Of a stretch of DNA of 64,000 nt, positions 26,166 to 40,385 are shown piece by piece. Origin of the DNA: Camelus dromedarius (lineage: Eukaryota). Each line of letters begins with the position of its first letter. Within the stretch, counting starts at the first letter, position 1. A program made the position numbers and the translations under genes. The DNA lies in NCBI RefSeq assembly GCF_036321535.1, contig NC_087437.1, positions 39,496,001 to 39,560,000 of the forward strand, given 5' to 3'. The notes under the pieces were generated by a model. The model saw nothing but the letters and a program-made list of their open reading frames with translations. It did not search any database and was not told where the DNA came from.

Positions 26166-28089
26166 TTTGGCCTTCAGGTGAATTAGAAATGTTTAGGGGA
26201 AATTCTACCAAAACATGAACAAATTTTAAACATAAAACATTGGTTACTTAGTGGAATAAGCTTCAATTATCTATAAAATGTGCTTGTTTGGGGAATTTTG
26301 TTTTTAAATGATATAGGACAAAACATACATTTTAGTCAAAGCCTTTTTCCAATAGTGTCTTAGCATTACTAGAGCATTAAGTTGCTAAACCAATCAAGTG
26401 GCCTAGAAAACAAAGCACTTTCAGATGTGATTGAGGTCCTAGGGAAAAATTAAGTCTTTGATGAAACAACATTTTTGTAAAATATTCCAATAACTGTTTC
26501 ATCTTCCAGCTCAGTTGCTCTAAAGCATTAGTTTATGAGTTGAAGTGAATGTGGGTAACATTATTCTCTTATACTAAGATAAAAAAACCAAAACATATGG
26601 AAATGTATGTTAATCATTAGAAAAGGTTTAAAAATGTATGTTCTAATGACATTGCTGTATCGACAGTGTTCTCAACTGGAAAATTATTTATGTGAAAATT
26701 CAAGAAGCTGCCACCAAGAGAGAGTTTATGCCAAAGGCAAATTGTCAGATTTGAAATGTAAGACCTAAAAGCTGGTCTTGGACAGATTAAAAAAAAAAAT
26801 ACAGCAAATAGACTGCATTGTTGTAGGCTGAAGCTCATTTTCAGAAATACGTTGCTCAGCACTAACGTGGACAGTCTAATCAGTTCCTCTGCAGAAGCAG
26901 CAAGATTTTTACAAATGAAGGAGAAAATCTACACAGATGAAGCTATGACTGGAAAATTTGATCCACATGGTTGTATTTTTAGATCTGTCAAAGACTGACC
27001 TCCGTGTGCAGTTTTTCTAGCAATAGTTTAATGTAAACTCAGCCTATGTGTGGCATTTCTGTGTTCCATGGAGTTATGCCGTCTATTATACCTTATCTAC
27101 TATTTCTAGACAGGTAAAATATTCCCTTTAGTCATTGCAAGTACTCCTTCTTTTCTTGCTATGCAAATGGTGATTAGCCTTTTCTGCATACAATTTGTGT
27201 AGGATTTTGGTAAATTCACCTAAAATCCTTACCTGTGGTAAGAAAGTTCGGTGGAAATTTACTGAGGATGGAACGTACTTCTTGTTACCTTCAAAATATC
27301 TAAAGTATAAGGAGATGGTGAACATATGGAGAAGTTCTCACCACTGGAATCCAAACAGGAAGATTTCTTATTTTTTCATCAGTATGTGGGAAAATCCTGA
27401 GTGTGGAAAAATAGTGACTTCTCCGTATTTAAACAGACGCAACCTGGTTGTTTTCACAGGCAAATCGTTATTATTTCATAGATAAGTGAGTGTATAAGTG
27501 TGTCAACATATATATACATGTGTGGGGGTAAGTAACATGGTGACCAGGGAGAAAAAAAGGCTGTAGAGTAAAACCATTACCCTATTTTAAACTATGCTTT
27601 TACTAAACCTATTACTGGCAATTCCGTTGACAATCATATTACTGTGTGATATTCAAATGTCAAATGCATATCTCATTTTCGACTAAGACCATTACATCAT
27701 TCCTTGTCAAATGCACTGAAATATGGCTGGGTCTCGCTCTGATTAGATAAGGGACCTCATGCTGGTGTTAGCAAATCCAACCCCAGGGACTGATTCCCAA
27801 GCTGAGGGAAATGGCAAAGTTATTATTGATGATGGTGCCAAAGCTAACAGGTTTCACATGTCCTTCATGAACACATGGCTATAGCCCCACCAGCGACACC
27901 GTTAAGAGCCATTTGTTCAAGTGTCCTAGAATTACTGCTGAAAAAAGGTGAAAAATCCATAAATTTTAAATACCCACCAATATGGAAGTTTGTTCAACTC
28001 ATTGTAGGTTGCCTGGCTCACTGCACTTACTGGAATTATATGAAAAATAATCCTTTATGTATGTGCAGGAGTTTGTCTCATTGGAGAGA

Positions 28090-28460
28090 CCATGTAATGT
28101 GTACAGTAGAACCCAGGTCTGGGCTTTGAGTCCGTGCTCTGGGCAGTTCTAGCTGCACGACTTTGGCAATGTTCTTAATTTCTCTAAACATCAATTCTTT
28201 TACACAATTTGTGATTGTGAAAATTAAATGAAAGCGTGTATGACCGATAACCGATAGCTCTTTCTGTCATGTTATTTAACCCTTCTCAACTTTATGAAAT
28301 GCGTAGGTTACGCATCATAGTCTTGTTCTGGATCAAGGAACAGTCCCCCTCCTTCCCCCTTGCCAAGGAGAGTGGCTTGTCCAAGGTCACATGGCTAATG
28401 AGGGGGAAAGAGAATCAAACTCAAATCTCCCCATTTGAAATCCGGTATTCTAAAAGTGTC
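28090..28460. mobile_element. Two MIR fragments in opposite orientation (+ ~28090-28240, - ~28250-28460)
   Basis: 'ctagctgcacgactttggcaatgttcttaatttctcta' and 'gtggcttgtccaaggtcacatggcta'. Confidence 0.7.
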
Positions 28461-29649
28461 TGTGGAGGAAAAGAAACCCTGTAAATTAGACTATAATTAA
28501 GGTACCACTATACTTACAGAGGCAAAGTGAAATAGTGAATTGGTCCAATTACCTCAATAATTCAAGCCCAAAAGTACCAAAACACTTTTATGTAGTATGT
28601 CTGAATATTTCAGGCCAAATATCTGAATAATTGGCCAATTATTCATATCATTGTGAATATATGTATAAACCTGATCTTTTGTGGGGGAGGGGATAGGGAG
28701 AGGCTCCGAATCATGTCTCCGATCTTTCCAACATAAATAGAGAGTGTTATTTTTCATTTTCCCTTTCTAATTTGTTTCAAAATTCAGTGGCTTTTTAAAA
28801 ATTAAATTGGAGTTTGTGGATAAATGGGAAAATCTTTACTGAAATATGGTACTTCCAACTGTCCTTTCAGTTTGAAACAGGCTGCTTACAATAAGCACAA
28901 CTTCACATAAGAGTGACAAGCCGCGGCCTTCGTGGGTATGTATTGAGGGTGAGGCATAGCTGAAATCCTTTCAGCTTTTATTCTAAGTACAGAATCAAAT
29001 TCTGATCCTGGAGAAAATGTTCTGACTCTGTTAAGAGGAGTTATATTCAAATTAGTCCAAGACAATTCTGATACCAGGCGTGGGCCAAAATTACAGTTAT
29101 TTGAAACTAAAAGAACTCCTCCATCTTTTTTCTGACCTTTACAAACCATATACCTATTTCAAGGTAGAATTAAATTCTCTGATTATATTTCCTTAGCTAC
29201 AGCCCTGCAGTGAACATAATATCAGCATTAAAATAGGAATTAGTGTAGTTTAGAAAACAACTAACAAAAGTTTTTTTTTTAATTATAGGAATATACAACA
29301 ATTAAAATAGACTGGGCATAGTTAAAATCTATTAAGTACTAAAAAACAAATCTGTCAGCCTACCATCTTCTATGTTTTATAATAAATACAGTGCTTAGCA
29401 GAATTGGGGAATAACATTACCATAGATTGACAAGTCTATTGTACTTTGAACAGGTACTGTGAGAAAGCAAGTGTCTTTGTTCACCATGAAGTCTGCGTTA
29501 TAGAATGATCCCTAGAGGTGAGGAAGGAAGAGGTTCAGACACAATAGCCATTTGAAAGGCTACGCTCAGATTAATGGTGTGGGTTTAAGTTTCTCTGCAG
29601 TAGAATGCCCACCCTCACCTATGGTTACTAATAAGTTCTCTGTCTCTCT

Positions 29650-29792
29650 GGTCACCTTCCAGGTCTTTGCTCTAAAACCTGTCCAAACTGAAAAACAATG
29701 AAAAGTCCCCTCAAGCTAGACAACAGGCGTGTACCCCAAGATTGCCAATCTCCTGGCTTTGATAAGTCCTGTCTTTGGAATTGTCAACCTGT
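29650..29792 (-). mobile_element. MER94-like fragment
   Basis: 'tccaaactg...tgaaaagtccc...gacaacaggcgtgtacccc...tgtcaacct' resembles reverse-complemented MER94. Confidence 0.35.
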
Positions 29793-30189
29793 TTTTAATA
29801 GTCTCTGCTGCTCCATATGTTCATTCCCTTGAGTGTGAAATGGAGGAGGAGGGGCAGTGCCTTTTAAAAAAAGGGATTGATGAGAGAAGCACCCCACACA
29901 TAGGAGAACCTCAATAGATCTGTATTGACAGGGCATGAAAGAAAGCCTGCAAAACAGAAAAGAGAAAATGATAGAATAGGACATGGTTGCAGCTTGTTTT
30001 TTAAGGGGGAAAAATACCCATTTTTAAACTACGCGAAGCACAATCTGAGACCACTTTTTTCTCACCTTAATCTGGAAAGGCCACATAATGAATCAAATAA
30101 GTTAGAAGAAAAAGGAGAGAGAGAGAAAAAAAAAGGTTTTGCCAAATTGTGATTGCTAAGATGCTGATAAAAAAGAATTTATTAAAATA

Positions 30190-30400
30190 GCTGTCCTTCC
30201 TATATACTTTGGCCCCAAAATTCTACTTCCAAGAATTTTTTTCTAAGGAAATAATCATAAATGTGCACAGAAAAGAATTTTAACAAAAATAAAAATAAGA
30301 GTCTGATTAGAAATATAAATGCATATATATAGACATTAATGTATATATGCATGTATATATACAATGGAAAGAATGTAACCATTAAAATAGAGTCCTTGAA
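30190..30400 (+). mobile_element. L1ME 3' fragment
   Basis: 'ctttggccccaaaattctacttccaagaattttttctaaggaaataatc...atgtgcacag'. Confidence 0.65.
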
Positions 30401-30696
30401 AAATTTAATTTAGACTGTACATACTTGTTTAGTTCTTATTATTCCTGGCCAGGCACTGGCTTACAGTGGTATCTGCTTTCGAGGACCTCATACTCTAGCA
30501 GTAAGACAAAAATGGAAATAATTACTTGTCTATATTTGAGATAAGTATGGTTATTCTATATTAATTCAGCTAACATATATTAACTGAAAAAACAATCTAA
30601 AGGACATTATGCTTTTGATATTTTTAAATATATGTGTATGTACATATACATACATAAATGCCTATATTCACACACACATATATATGTACATGACAT

Positions 30697-30940
30697 CTGT
30701 TAGCTACCGCTGCATAACAAGTCACCCCAAACAAAAATCACTTATTATCCCTTGTGCATTTGCACATCACTCTTTGTACGTGGATTGGCTGGAACAGCTC
30801 TGCTCCACGTGATTCTCACCCTCCTAGAACAGTGTGCTAAGCTGAGCATGCTCTTTTTATGGTAGTGACAGAGGTACAAGGGAGAAAACTGAAACAAAGG
30901 AGGCAAAGGAGGCATCTTTAGGTCCAGCCTTAAAAATATA
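30697..30940 (-). mobile_element. MLT1 LTR fragment
   Basis: 'gctaccgctgcataacaagtcaccccaaac' and 'gctctgctccacgtgattctcaccctcc'. Confidence 0.6.
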
Positions 30941-33429
30941 CAATGAAAAACAGAAAAATCATAAGACACCTAGGCACCAGCATTAGTCACCAGAATGAAA
31001 GAATTATGTGATTGTTAATTTCTTCTGCATATTTTTGTAAAATAAGCTTTTTATAGTCAAATCCCAACAAAACTTTATTTTAAATATTTTACCAAATTGA
31101 ATCTTAACAAGTTTCCTATTTCTCATGTTTCTTTTTATAATTACTCAAATAGAAGGAAAGTTAACTAGAGAAAGAAGATTTAATATTTTATTAATTCTGT
31201 CCCTATGGTGATAGATCGTAATTACCTAATGTGTTGCCTGGCCTGCCTTTCAATGTAAACTCTGTACCACTGATAAGGTGGTAGAGCATTATTAAGCTAA
31301 TATCATATCTGTTTACTTACTTTATTTTAGAAAAATGAAACATTCAAAGAATATCAGTTGGTTTACAAACAGAATGATCTTAAATTTACTTCTATGTGCA
31401 TGTGCACAGCTAGGTGTTTTGTAATGGTAGGAAACCAGATAGCACCTTGAAAGATTGTCACTGCTTTTCAAAGGATGTGTGATCTTTCATCCCAAAGCAT
31501 TCCTCTCACTGGCACATAACAGCAATGCTTTATGTCCCATCTCTGGTTTTTGCTTTCTTTTCTTGTATGAGTAGGTGTTTTTTTTTTCTTCTCCTATTGA
31601 CTGGTTTAGGAAGTCTTTTTTCCCTCCTTTTTTGGTACCGTGATTGCATTGAATGGTTGATGTTTCTAGTGAATCATTCCAACCAATTAGGCTAAAATAT
31701 TAAAAGACAAGTAACTTGAGAAGGAAACTCACATTTCTATAGCACTTTGCAGCAGATGTATCCTATTTACTGCTTTATTTTATTGCTTAATGACTGGATC
31801 TGAAGTAATTGCACCATTTGACAGATATTTATTTGTAAAATGTGATTCATTCAGTGAGACACTTTTAGAATGATTTTCATGCCAAGTGTTAAAATTATGT
31901 AGTCTTGAGTAGCTCTTTCAAAAGATGCAAACATGCATGTAAATTCCATGCATCAAGCACATCTACTTTCGGCTCTTTTTTATTATAGAAATATTCCAGT
32001 TGACAAAGAGTGCTAGTGAATAGACGGCAGGGACTTCTGGACTTTAATCAACCGCAATCACTGGCAGGTTCAGAATTAATTTCCTAACCATGAATCACCT
32101 GCAGACAATGAATCACGTTCTAGAGAATTTTGCCAAGCAAAACATAAGCCATCATGCCCTGTACAACTTTTGAGGACGGGGCCATGGAAACTCATTTGAC
32201 TAACATAGTTGAAATGGTGAAAAGAAAAGAATACTAGAGAATAGTGGAACAAGCTATCAAACAGTGTCTGGTGACTCTCAGGCTTTACAAAGACAAGGGA
32301 ATCAAGAGTTCGGCATGGAAACACTCTTTCTGAAATGGTCTACTCAGTGGTGGGATTCTTTTCCTAAATCCTAGTTAACGAGAATCAAGGTAAAGGATTC
32401 TTTGTTAATATTTTTTGGCTGTGAAAGTTTCTACACATTACAACACAGACATCAGAACATGTTTACCCATTCTCTAACCAAAGGATTAGAATCCTTTTCT
32501 TTGGTTTCTGATTCAGACAGTCTCTCTATGGGAAGAGAGGAATGAGGAGAATTAAACAAATATGCAGATACTCAGATGAATAAACAGTTTCAAAAGAAAG
32601 AGCCAAGTCATTTATGTACTCAAATTATTGATATGATTGCCTCTGTTTTCCATTTTCTCTTCCAGGTGTGCAAAGGAATGTATCACCTTTATTTGTTTCT
32701 AGATATTACAAAAAAGCTGAGATAAATTTTAGTTGCAAGACATGCAACAAAATATTTAGCATTTTACATAATACCATCACAATAAGAACAAATCTTTCTA
32801 AGAGGAAATATCTGTATTGTCAATTTGAATAAAGTTAATTTCAAACTATTTCAACAAGTAAACAATATACAACAATAAAGAAACAAAAGACCTTCACCAG
32901 TTCAAGATATTTGGCATATACAGCTCCAAATTATGCATGCCATTGCAAAAAAAATAAAGAAAAAAAAAAGAAAATTATTGTCTAGAAAGAATAGTGAATA
33001 ATAAGCATTTGTGAGCACATTATTAATCAAATATCAGAAACTCAAAGACTAGATAATATCCATTTTCATAAACTGGCTTGAATTTTTTGATTGATTGATC
33101 ATTACTGTCAAATAAATTTGCCATTATAGATTCATCCAATTTTGGCATATGAAAGAAAAAGAAGGACGATTCATGTCAGATGGCACAGAATGAAATAATT
33201 TTCCAGACAGGCAATCGATATTTCATTTTAGACCATGAAAACAGGTAAATCAGGCTATAAAGTATCCATTGTCCGCCACTTTATCCAGGTGAATGGAACA
33301 CATTAACCATTATTTTTATTGAGTGATGCTAGCTGGAATGTTTGTCTTTGACCTGTGTACCATCCTCTGTCCTTCAATGTGTTGTCTTCAGATCTAACCA
33401 TTCCCTCTCACTTACTGATTTTGCCTTGT

Positions 33430-36400
33430 CACCTGGGTTTACAGTTCTCCCCTCTCCACAGGTTCTGTTACCACTTTGCGTGTTCAGAAAGATGTGTATT
33501 CAACTCAAACAAACCCTCAGCTCTGAGAATTTGACCTCATCTCTAGTGACTTATTTTCCTGTGCAGTGCCCTTCAGGCACCCACCACGAAGTTGTAAATC
33601 TGGGACCATAATCGTTCCCTGAAACTAGTCCAGTTCTTAAATTGTAAATTCAGACTCCACAGCGATTTGATCCAAAACTCTTATTCTTTGACTGTCGCTT
33701 AATTATTCCCAATACTGTACTCTCTCATCTCATTCTTAAGCTACTCAACAAATAGTATTGAGAGCCGTCTTGGTGCCTTCTATTGTTCTAGACACTGGAT
33801 TCCTGGAGTGAACCAGGAAGTCAAAGATGCCTGCTCTCATGGAATTACTTGCTTCAGTCATTTGATCACCTCTACCATAGCTCCCTTTTCTACACAGATT
33901 AAGTCTCCTGGTTTTCTGCACAGCTTAAGTCTCATGGTCCATCATTTCTACAACTCTGTTTTTAATATCTTTACTCCTTTGCTCATTATTCTTCCATTAT
34001 CTACTGGCAGAAGCCCAAGCTAGAGAATCTCAACTACCTCCCATCTCACTATATTCATCTCAGTAGCTGAATATAATTTGGAGGAAATCATGTAACTATG
34101 CAGATAAATACCATAATAAATTCATAGTCTCCAAAATAGGAAGGGGGCCCTCACCACTCCCCAGGAAACCTTTCTTCTATGTTCTCCTAGCTGTTTTTGT
34201 AGATCCCTTGGTACTTATTTCAAACAAACAGCAAGCTTCATAATGTTGGCATCCAGGGCAAACCATTCCAAATGGACCCACAAATCAACTCTATAATTCA
34301 TACTGTGACTAACAGATGATGGTGATTATTATCAAGGCAGAACATCTGGAAGCATCCTTCCTTAACTAATCAAGGCTCAGAGAATAAGACAAATAGAAAA
34401 TTTTCTGGGCCTTGGTTGGGGTGGAGCAACTGATTTGCTTTGCCTTGTGGAGTAAATACTTTGTTAGGCCTAACTTTAAATTTCAGCTTATGTTCAGCAT
34501 GAATATTTGAAGTTGAATGTTATGCAGATATAAAGAACAAAAATATATAGCCTCCCTAAGCTGCCTGACCAGTTGCTGCAGTACAAGGTAATTAAGAATG
34601 CTCCAAAACTTAGTTATTTGACATTTTTGTGCCTTGGTTTTCTGTAAAATATACATAGCAGAACCGACTTCATAGGTCTTTTGTAAGGATTGAATGGGAA
34701 AATATGTGTAAAGTGAAACACTACCTGGCCCCTCAGGAAATGTTAGCTATTAGTTGCTGATCCTACTTCCACCCATAATTCTGGCTCCACCTCTCTCCTT
34801 TCTGCCACACCAAATTTCTTTAAAATGCTGTGTAACCTCCGTTTCCTCATCTTTCTGCCATCTCTTCATACCACCACTCCTCCAAACCCATTCTTACCAG
34901 ATCATCAGTGGCCTCTTTGACACTAAATCCCCTAGACTTTTCCCTTGATTCTTATTTTATTGATCTGTTAACATCATTTGACACTAGTGAGCACTCTCCT
35001 CTTCTTTTCAAACATTCTTTCCCAAGTTTACCCCTTGACCTCCTCCTATATTTCAGGCTACACCTTTTCACCTTCTTTTTCAGGATTCTTGTCTACTTAC
35101 TTTTTCAATGTTGATGTTCTGTGAGGTCCTATCATAGGGCCTTTCTTTTCTCATTCAGTATACTTTTCCCTATTGTATCTAACATACTATCATAGGACTG
35201 CCATCCCTATTCTTTGAGGTGAAGGCTAACCCATTATGAAAAAAAGGAGTGGCCCCCAAATTAAGGTTTATCTCTTTCTCACCTAAAAGTCAAGTTGTAC
35301 ATGGTCCAAGATGGCAGCAGCTGTGCTCCATAGTGTCAGTCAGCAACCCAGCTTCCTTTGTCTTGCTGCTCTGCAACCCTAAATCATCTGCATTGTCATT
35401 GTCTGCTCTTTGAAGCTAGGTTTCTGTAAGTTCAGGTCCCTGAGGGAGGAAAAAAGAAACAAGGAAGTTCCGGAGTAGGGACTACTCTTTAAACCAATGC
35501 CATAGAAGTTGAACACATCACATCTACTCACATCACACTGCTGAGAATGTGCTCATGACCACATGACTCCACAGTGAGAGCTGGAAACTGTGGGCTTCCG
35601 TTGGGCTTATCCTTAGAGAGAAGGAGAAGATGGATTTTAGTGGACAACTAACAGTCTCTGCCATACCATCTATAAGCCAACAGCTAGAAATTCTGTCTCT
35701 TCAGCCCAGATCCATTTTCTTAGATTCAGACTCAAACTTCTAACTGCTACTGGACAGTTCTACTGCAGTCTTCCACTTACACCTTAAATTCAGTATGTCC
35801 CAAACAGAATTCAGAATCTTTTCCATCCCACGATACCCATACTCCATTTCACCAAAACCGACTCCTCTTCCCTTATTTCCTACCACAGCAATAGAAACAC
35901 CAAAGATTTCCCCCAAACAGCCTGCATCATGCTCAAACTCCCCTCCGTATCAAATCTATCACAATGGTCTACTGATGCTCTATTCTAAATACCTCTTACA
36001 CCCTCAGGTCACTGCCAATTTGTTACCTTGATTATGTCTCCACCCTCCATTGTTATCTCACTTAAATTTACAAGTATTCTTCATTTTCTGAATCTATTTG
36101 ATTCCTCAGTTTGGACAGCAAGAATTCAGATAGAGAAGGACATTATGCTCTGAACCTATTTGGCATAGTGTTTAGCAAAAGTTTGAAGAGTGGGAGATTA
36201 ATGTAAAAATTTATCTTAGTCTCTTTACCCCTGAATTAAGACACTAGAACTGCACTAATGATAATGTGGCTAGCAAGGGGTCCCTGTATCCTCTAAGTGA
36301 TGTCCAAGTGACCTTCCTAAAATATAAATCTAATCTTACCACAAATGTAACTTTTCAATGGTTTCCTGTTGCCCTTACAATAAAGTCCAAATTCTTAACA

Positions 36401-36905
36401 TGGCTTAGAGGTCTTACATTTTCTGATTTCTACTTAATCTTGCCGCTTCTCATCCTGAACTTTTGACTCCAGTCATAGATAATATCTTCTGCTTCCTTGC
36501 ATGAATCATCTCTCCCTCGTCTTGAGACTTTTACACGTGGCATTTCATTTGACTGGAACTCACTTTCTTAACCTTGATTCTTTTGCTTTACTCACCCCTA
36601 GTCATCCTTCAGACAGCAGCTGAGTTATTGTGTCTTCCAGGAAGTCACGGGACTCTCACTTGGAGTTGGGATTAGGTACCTTTTGCTATTTGCCCAATAG
36701 GACCTAATGCTCACCCTCTATAACACTTATAAAACTCTGTCATAATTGCTTTTGATTATCTATTTTCCCACTAGGAATGTAAACTCTGTGGAGAGAAATC
36801 ATTCTGTCCATTGTTATATCTTCAGAGATTGAATAGAGTTGAGATTGTAGTAGATGCTCAGAAAATACTTATTAAATATTCATTTAATATTTGGATATAT
36901 GAATA
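33430..36905 (+). mobile_element. Long fragmented L2, interrupted by an antisense L2 tail (~33735-33845), MIR (~34600-34755) and MLT1 (~35215-35665)
   Basis: L2 blocks 'ctcatggtccatcatttctacaactct', 'gacactagtgagcactctcctcttctt', 'ctgctactggacagttctactg...caccttaaattcagtatgtcccaaacagaattc' and the tail 'gtagtagatgctcagaaaatacttattaaat'. Confidence 0.75.
35215..35665 (-). mobile_element. MLT1J-like MaLR LTR
   Basis: 'aaggtttatctctttctcacctaa', 'acccagcttcctttgtcttgctgctctg' and 'ggacaactaacagtctctgccata'. Confidence 0.7.
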
Positions 36906-38224
36906 GTTTGGAATGAGAATAAAAGTACTACACAAGTATTTAGTGATAATTAAGTGTTTTTAATGCAAGTATAGTTAGAATGAATAGATTAATGCTATTT
37001 ACTACAGCACATTTTTATTTATAAACTATCTTAAAGCCCCCTGCGAACACAGCATATGTGTATCTAAGAGAAAGAAAAAAAAGAGACAGCCCTCCTTTAA
37101 ATAACTTCTGTCAACAATTGCATAGAAACTCCACGTTTTGCCCTGACCTGATCCTACCAGGCCTTCCTGTGGTTTTGCACTTGGAGACATCTGGAACATT
37201 CTCAGGGAAAGCTGGGCATGTTCTAGGATGAAGAGTCCATAGAATGATGACTCCTCTAGAGATGTGATGAAGAAAATTCTCCTTAGTTTTGCATGCTTCA
37301 CATTAACACTCTCAGGTCCGAAAGACTCAAGCAAAGACAGCTACTTTTCTTAATTGCATTATTCTTCTCTTTGGTTCATTTGTTGTGTTGGTTAGTTTGG
37401 TTGTTCTTGTTTGCTTGTTTTATTCATTTGAAAAGTCAATACTTAAAAAAATGAAATTTTAAAATACTTGAAGAAAAACTTCCAGAGGACACTGTGTGAT
37501 GGCTGAAATAGCCGAAAGTCTCACCCTTTCTAAAAACTTTAACATTCTCATACTTGCTCCGGAGGAAAAATCTCTAGTCCACGCAGACATCAATTGGCTG
37601 TCTTCCATCTTCCACCTCTTGTTTAAATTCTGAGTGAAAATGTAGCTCTGTAGAAATGACTACGGCTCCAGTGAATCCGAAGCTGTCCTAAAGATCATTT
37701 TCTGCCACCCTGAAAGTTTAACTGCCAACTACATTTAATTGGCACTGGTGGGCAGTCCATCGGGGGCACTGCAGTGCGACTCTTCAGGAAATGTCTGCCG
37801 GCTGGAGGGCTGGCAAGCTTGTTCCTCTCAAATCTCCCAGGATCACTTGTCGCAATGCTTTGTGCTGCAATGTTGATGATATGCCCAGTTCAATCAATCA
37901 ATCAACAATATTTATTTTAAATGCCTGTTCTATCACTACTGCTAACGTGAAACTCCCCTTCTGTTGGCCAGTGCGCTCACGGGAATGGTGTTCAAGCAAA
38001 GGTCAGGGTGATCTTTGTCTGACCCCAGTGGATGCACGTTTTTCTTTCTAGCCCTTCTTAAATGGGAAAAAAATCAATTAAGCCACCAACAAATAGTTAC
38101 TGAACATCTACTGTGTGCCACATTTTCAGTAGGCTTATCTTTCTTCTTGTCTAATGAAACTTTCAGACCAGAGTCTCTCTCCTTCCTTCCGTCCTCCAAT
38201 ACAGTCTATTATATTAGCAGCTAA

Positions 38225-38410
38225 GATTTGTATAAGATTGTGTAGATAACAAGGCATTTTTATTCTTAATCCTACCAACAATACTGAGAAGGGACTGTTT
38301 CTTCCTCTTTTATAGCGAAGAACTAGGAGATTTGCATTTGTCTAAAGTCACAGCTGGTGGAGAACAGGATAAACACTCCAAGTCCTCTAACCCCAGGGTG
38401 ACTCCCCTAC
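38225..38410 (-). mobile_element. MIR SINE
   Basis: 'ttaatcctaccaacaatactgagaagg...ttgtctaaagtcacagctggtgg'. Confidence 0.6.
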
Positions 38411-38929
38411 AAACCCCCTTTCTCCAGCTACATATAAAGCACTGTAATAAGTGCCTGAGTCGTCCGGGAGTAGGAGTGATAGATAATCAGGTGAATAAAA
38501 TAGTTTTGAACCTCAGAATGTTAGTATCAGAAGTAACCCAATGATTTTATCTCACTCTAAAACTGAACCCAGAGCCTGATGCATTTCAGAACTGCTTCCT
38601 ATGTCCAATTAGAGATGATCTGAGTCTTTGGAGTCTTCCATAGTTGCCTGGCTTCCAAAAGTCCTACTTGCAAGACTCTATCTTGGGACTGATTCAAACT
38701 ACATTTCTCAGGGCCGTGAATCTGGACAGCTGCTTTTCCAGCTGTGTCTAAATGCACTGTCCATTTCTTCACCTCCTCCCACCCCCTACTCTACGATTCA
38801 CCTCTGTGTGGTTGTTCGCCTGGCCCTTTCCTTCCATTCAAACCTAACCTTTGTAGTAAAGTTATAATTGACCTTCATGTCACTCAAGACAAAGACAATT
38901 TTTTTCTCTATCTTTGACTTGTCAAGAGG

Positions 38930-39195
38930 CAGAACAACTTAGTGGTAAACAAAACAGAGACCTCTGAAGTCAGACTGCCTTGCTTTGAATGCTAGCTCTT
39001 CTACTTACTTTTTGTGTGATCTCAGTGAGGTACTTAACCTCTCTATGTTTCACTTTCTTCATCCATAAAATGGGGATAACAGTTTCTATACCATAGTACA
39101 GGTGGGAGATTCAAGGAATTAATATACGCAAAACCCTGAGAAAATCTTTGACGCACAGTAAATCTTCAGACATTAGCAGTTATTATTTATTATTG
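38930..39195 (+). mobile_element. MIR SINE, near full length
   Basis: 'ctctgaagtcagactgccttgctttgaatgctagctct...tacttaacctctctatgtttcactttcttcatccataaaatggggataa'. Confidence 0.9.
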
Positions 39196-39239
39196 CCTAA
39201 GTTGCTCAGCATAGTAACCATTTTTTTGGACTTAATCCC

Positions 39240-40385
39240 AATCGTCCATTAATCTCTGTGGCATCATGGTTTCACAGGCGTATCTATTCTCTCCAATAAT
39301 TTTTCTCACTATCCTTTGCAGACTGTCTTTCTCTTTTTTTCACTTAACAAATACAAGTTAAAATTCTTCACGTTTTACTTACAAGGTAGATTATTCATGC
39401 CATTTCTCCCTCCCTCAGCAATCTCATAAAAGTCACACATTAGAATACCAAGTTTATGCACGTATATATTTTCACAACAGACTTTTCCTCTGAATTCTTA
39501 ACAGATGTATCCACCTTTTTTCTTAATACCTCCACTTCTATATTTCACCTACAACTTAAACCCAATCTTTGCCCCAAAACTGGTATTCTGGTATTCTGGT
39601 ATTCTGGTATTCTTCTTAGTAAATATAACCAGTAATCAATGTGTTACTGAAGCTAGAAACCAAGGAATCATCCAGAATACTTCTCTCCCCCTCACCTCCA
39701 ATATTCAATCCATCACTAAGCCTTGGGGATTATACTTCCTATATCCTTTCATTCAGGCTTTCCTCCACCCCATCTGTGCCACTGTTACCTTTCACCTGGA
39801 GCAGTGCAAAAGCTCTCAAAGTGACCTCTTCTTATTACTCTGACCTCTCACATTAAGCAGAATGTTCTTTTCAAACACAAGGCCATCTTATCATTATCTG
39901 ATTAGAGCATCTTGACGTCTTTCTTATACTTGTATAATAAAGACAAACTCCTTGACTGAGCCCACAAAACCATATCTCAGCAGCTTTAAATCTTTTCACA
40001 CTTCCTCTTGCATTTTTACTACCAAGTCATTGACCGCTATTTCATTTCATTAAAAGTTCCTTGTTCTCTTGCACTGCAGGGCCTTTGCACACACTGGTCC
40101 TTCTGCTCTCTCCTTTTTGCCTCATCAGTTCCTATTCATCTTGACAGCTTGGCTGTATCATTACATTATCAGGAAAATCTCATCTAACCCTTCTGACCAG
40201 ATAAACTCGTCATATTTCTTTTCTTCCCAGGATTGATCATGGTTGTAGTTTTACATTCCTTCATGTCTTATGTCTGTCTCATAGATTAGGCTATAAGCTC
40301 CATGAGGCTAGGTCTTTGGGGAGGGCAGTTATTACTGTATTCTCAGGACTGTTGAGAGATGCAGCTCCAATACATGTTGTTTATA
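39240..40385 (+). mobile_element. L2 3' region
   Basis: 'attcaatccatcactaagcc', 'agggcctttgcacacactggtccttctgc' and 'ttaggctataagctccatgagg'. Confidence 0.75.
39580..39613. repeat. (CTGGTATT)4 tandem octamer repeat
   Basis: Read directly. Confidence 0.95.

Noticed and set aside
26820..26998. Exon-like frame (…EAARFLQMKEKIYTDEAMTGKFDPHG…) after 'cctctgcAG'
   Set aside because: Weak pyrimidine tract, poor donor (GTTGTA) and no recognised homolog. A faint hAT-dimerisation-domain resemblance is not convincing.
31780..31792. TTATTGCTTAA resembling the miR-137 5' end
   Set aside because: Diverges after 11 nt and has no hairpin.
37889..37930. (TCAA)n PBX-like repeat
   Set aside because: Best explained as the antisense simple-repeat tail of an old L2.
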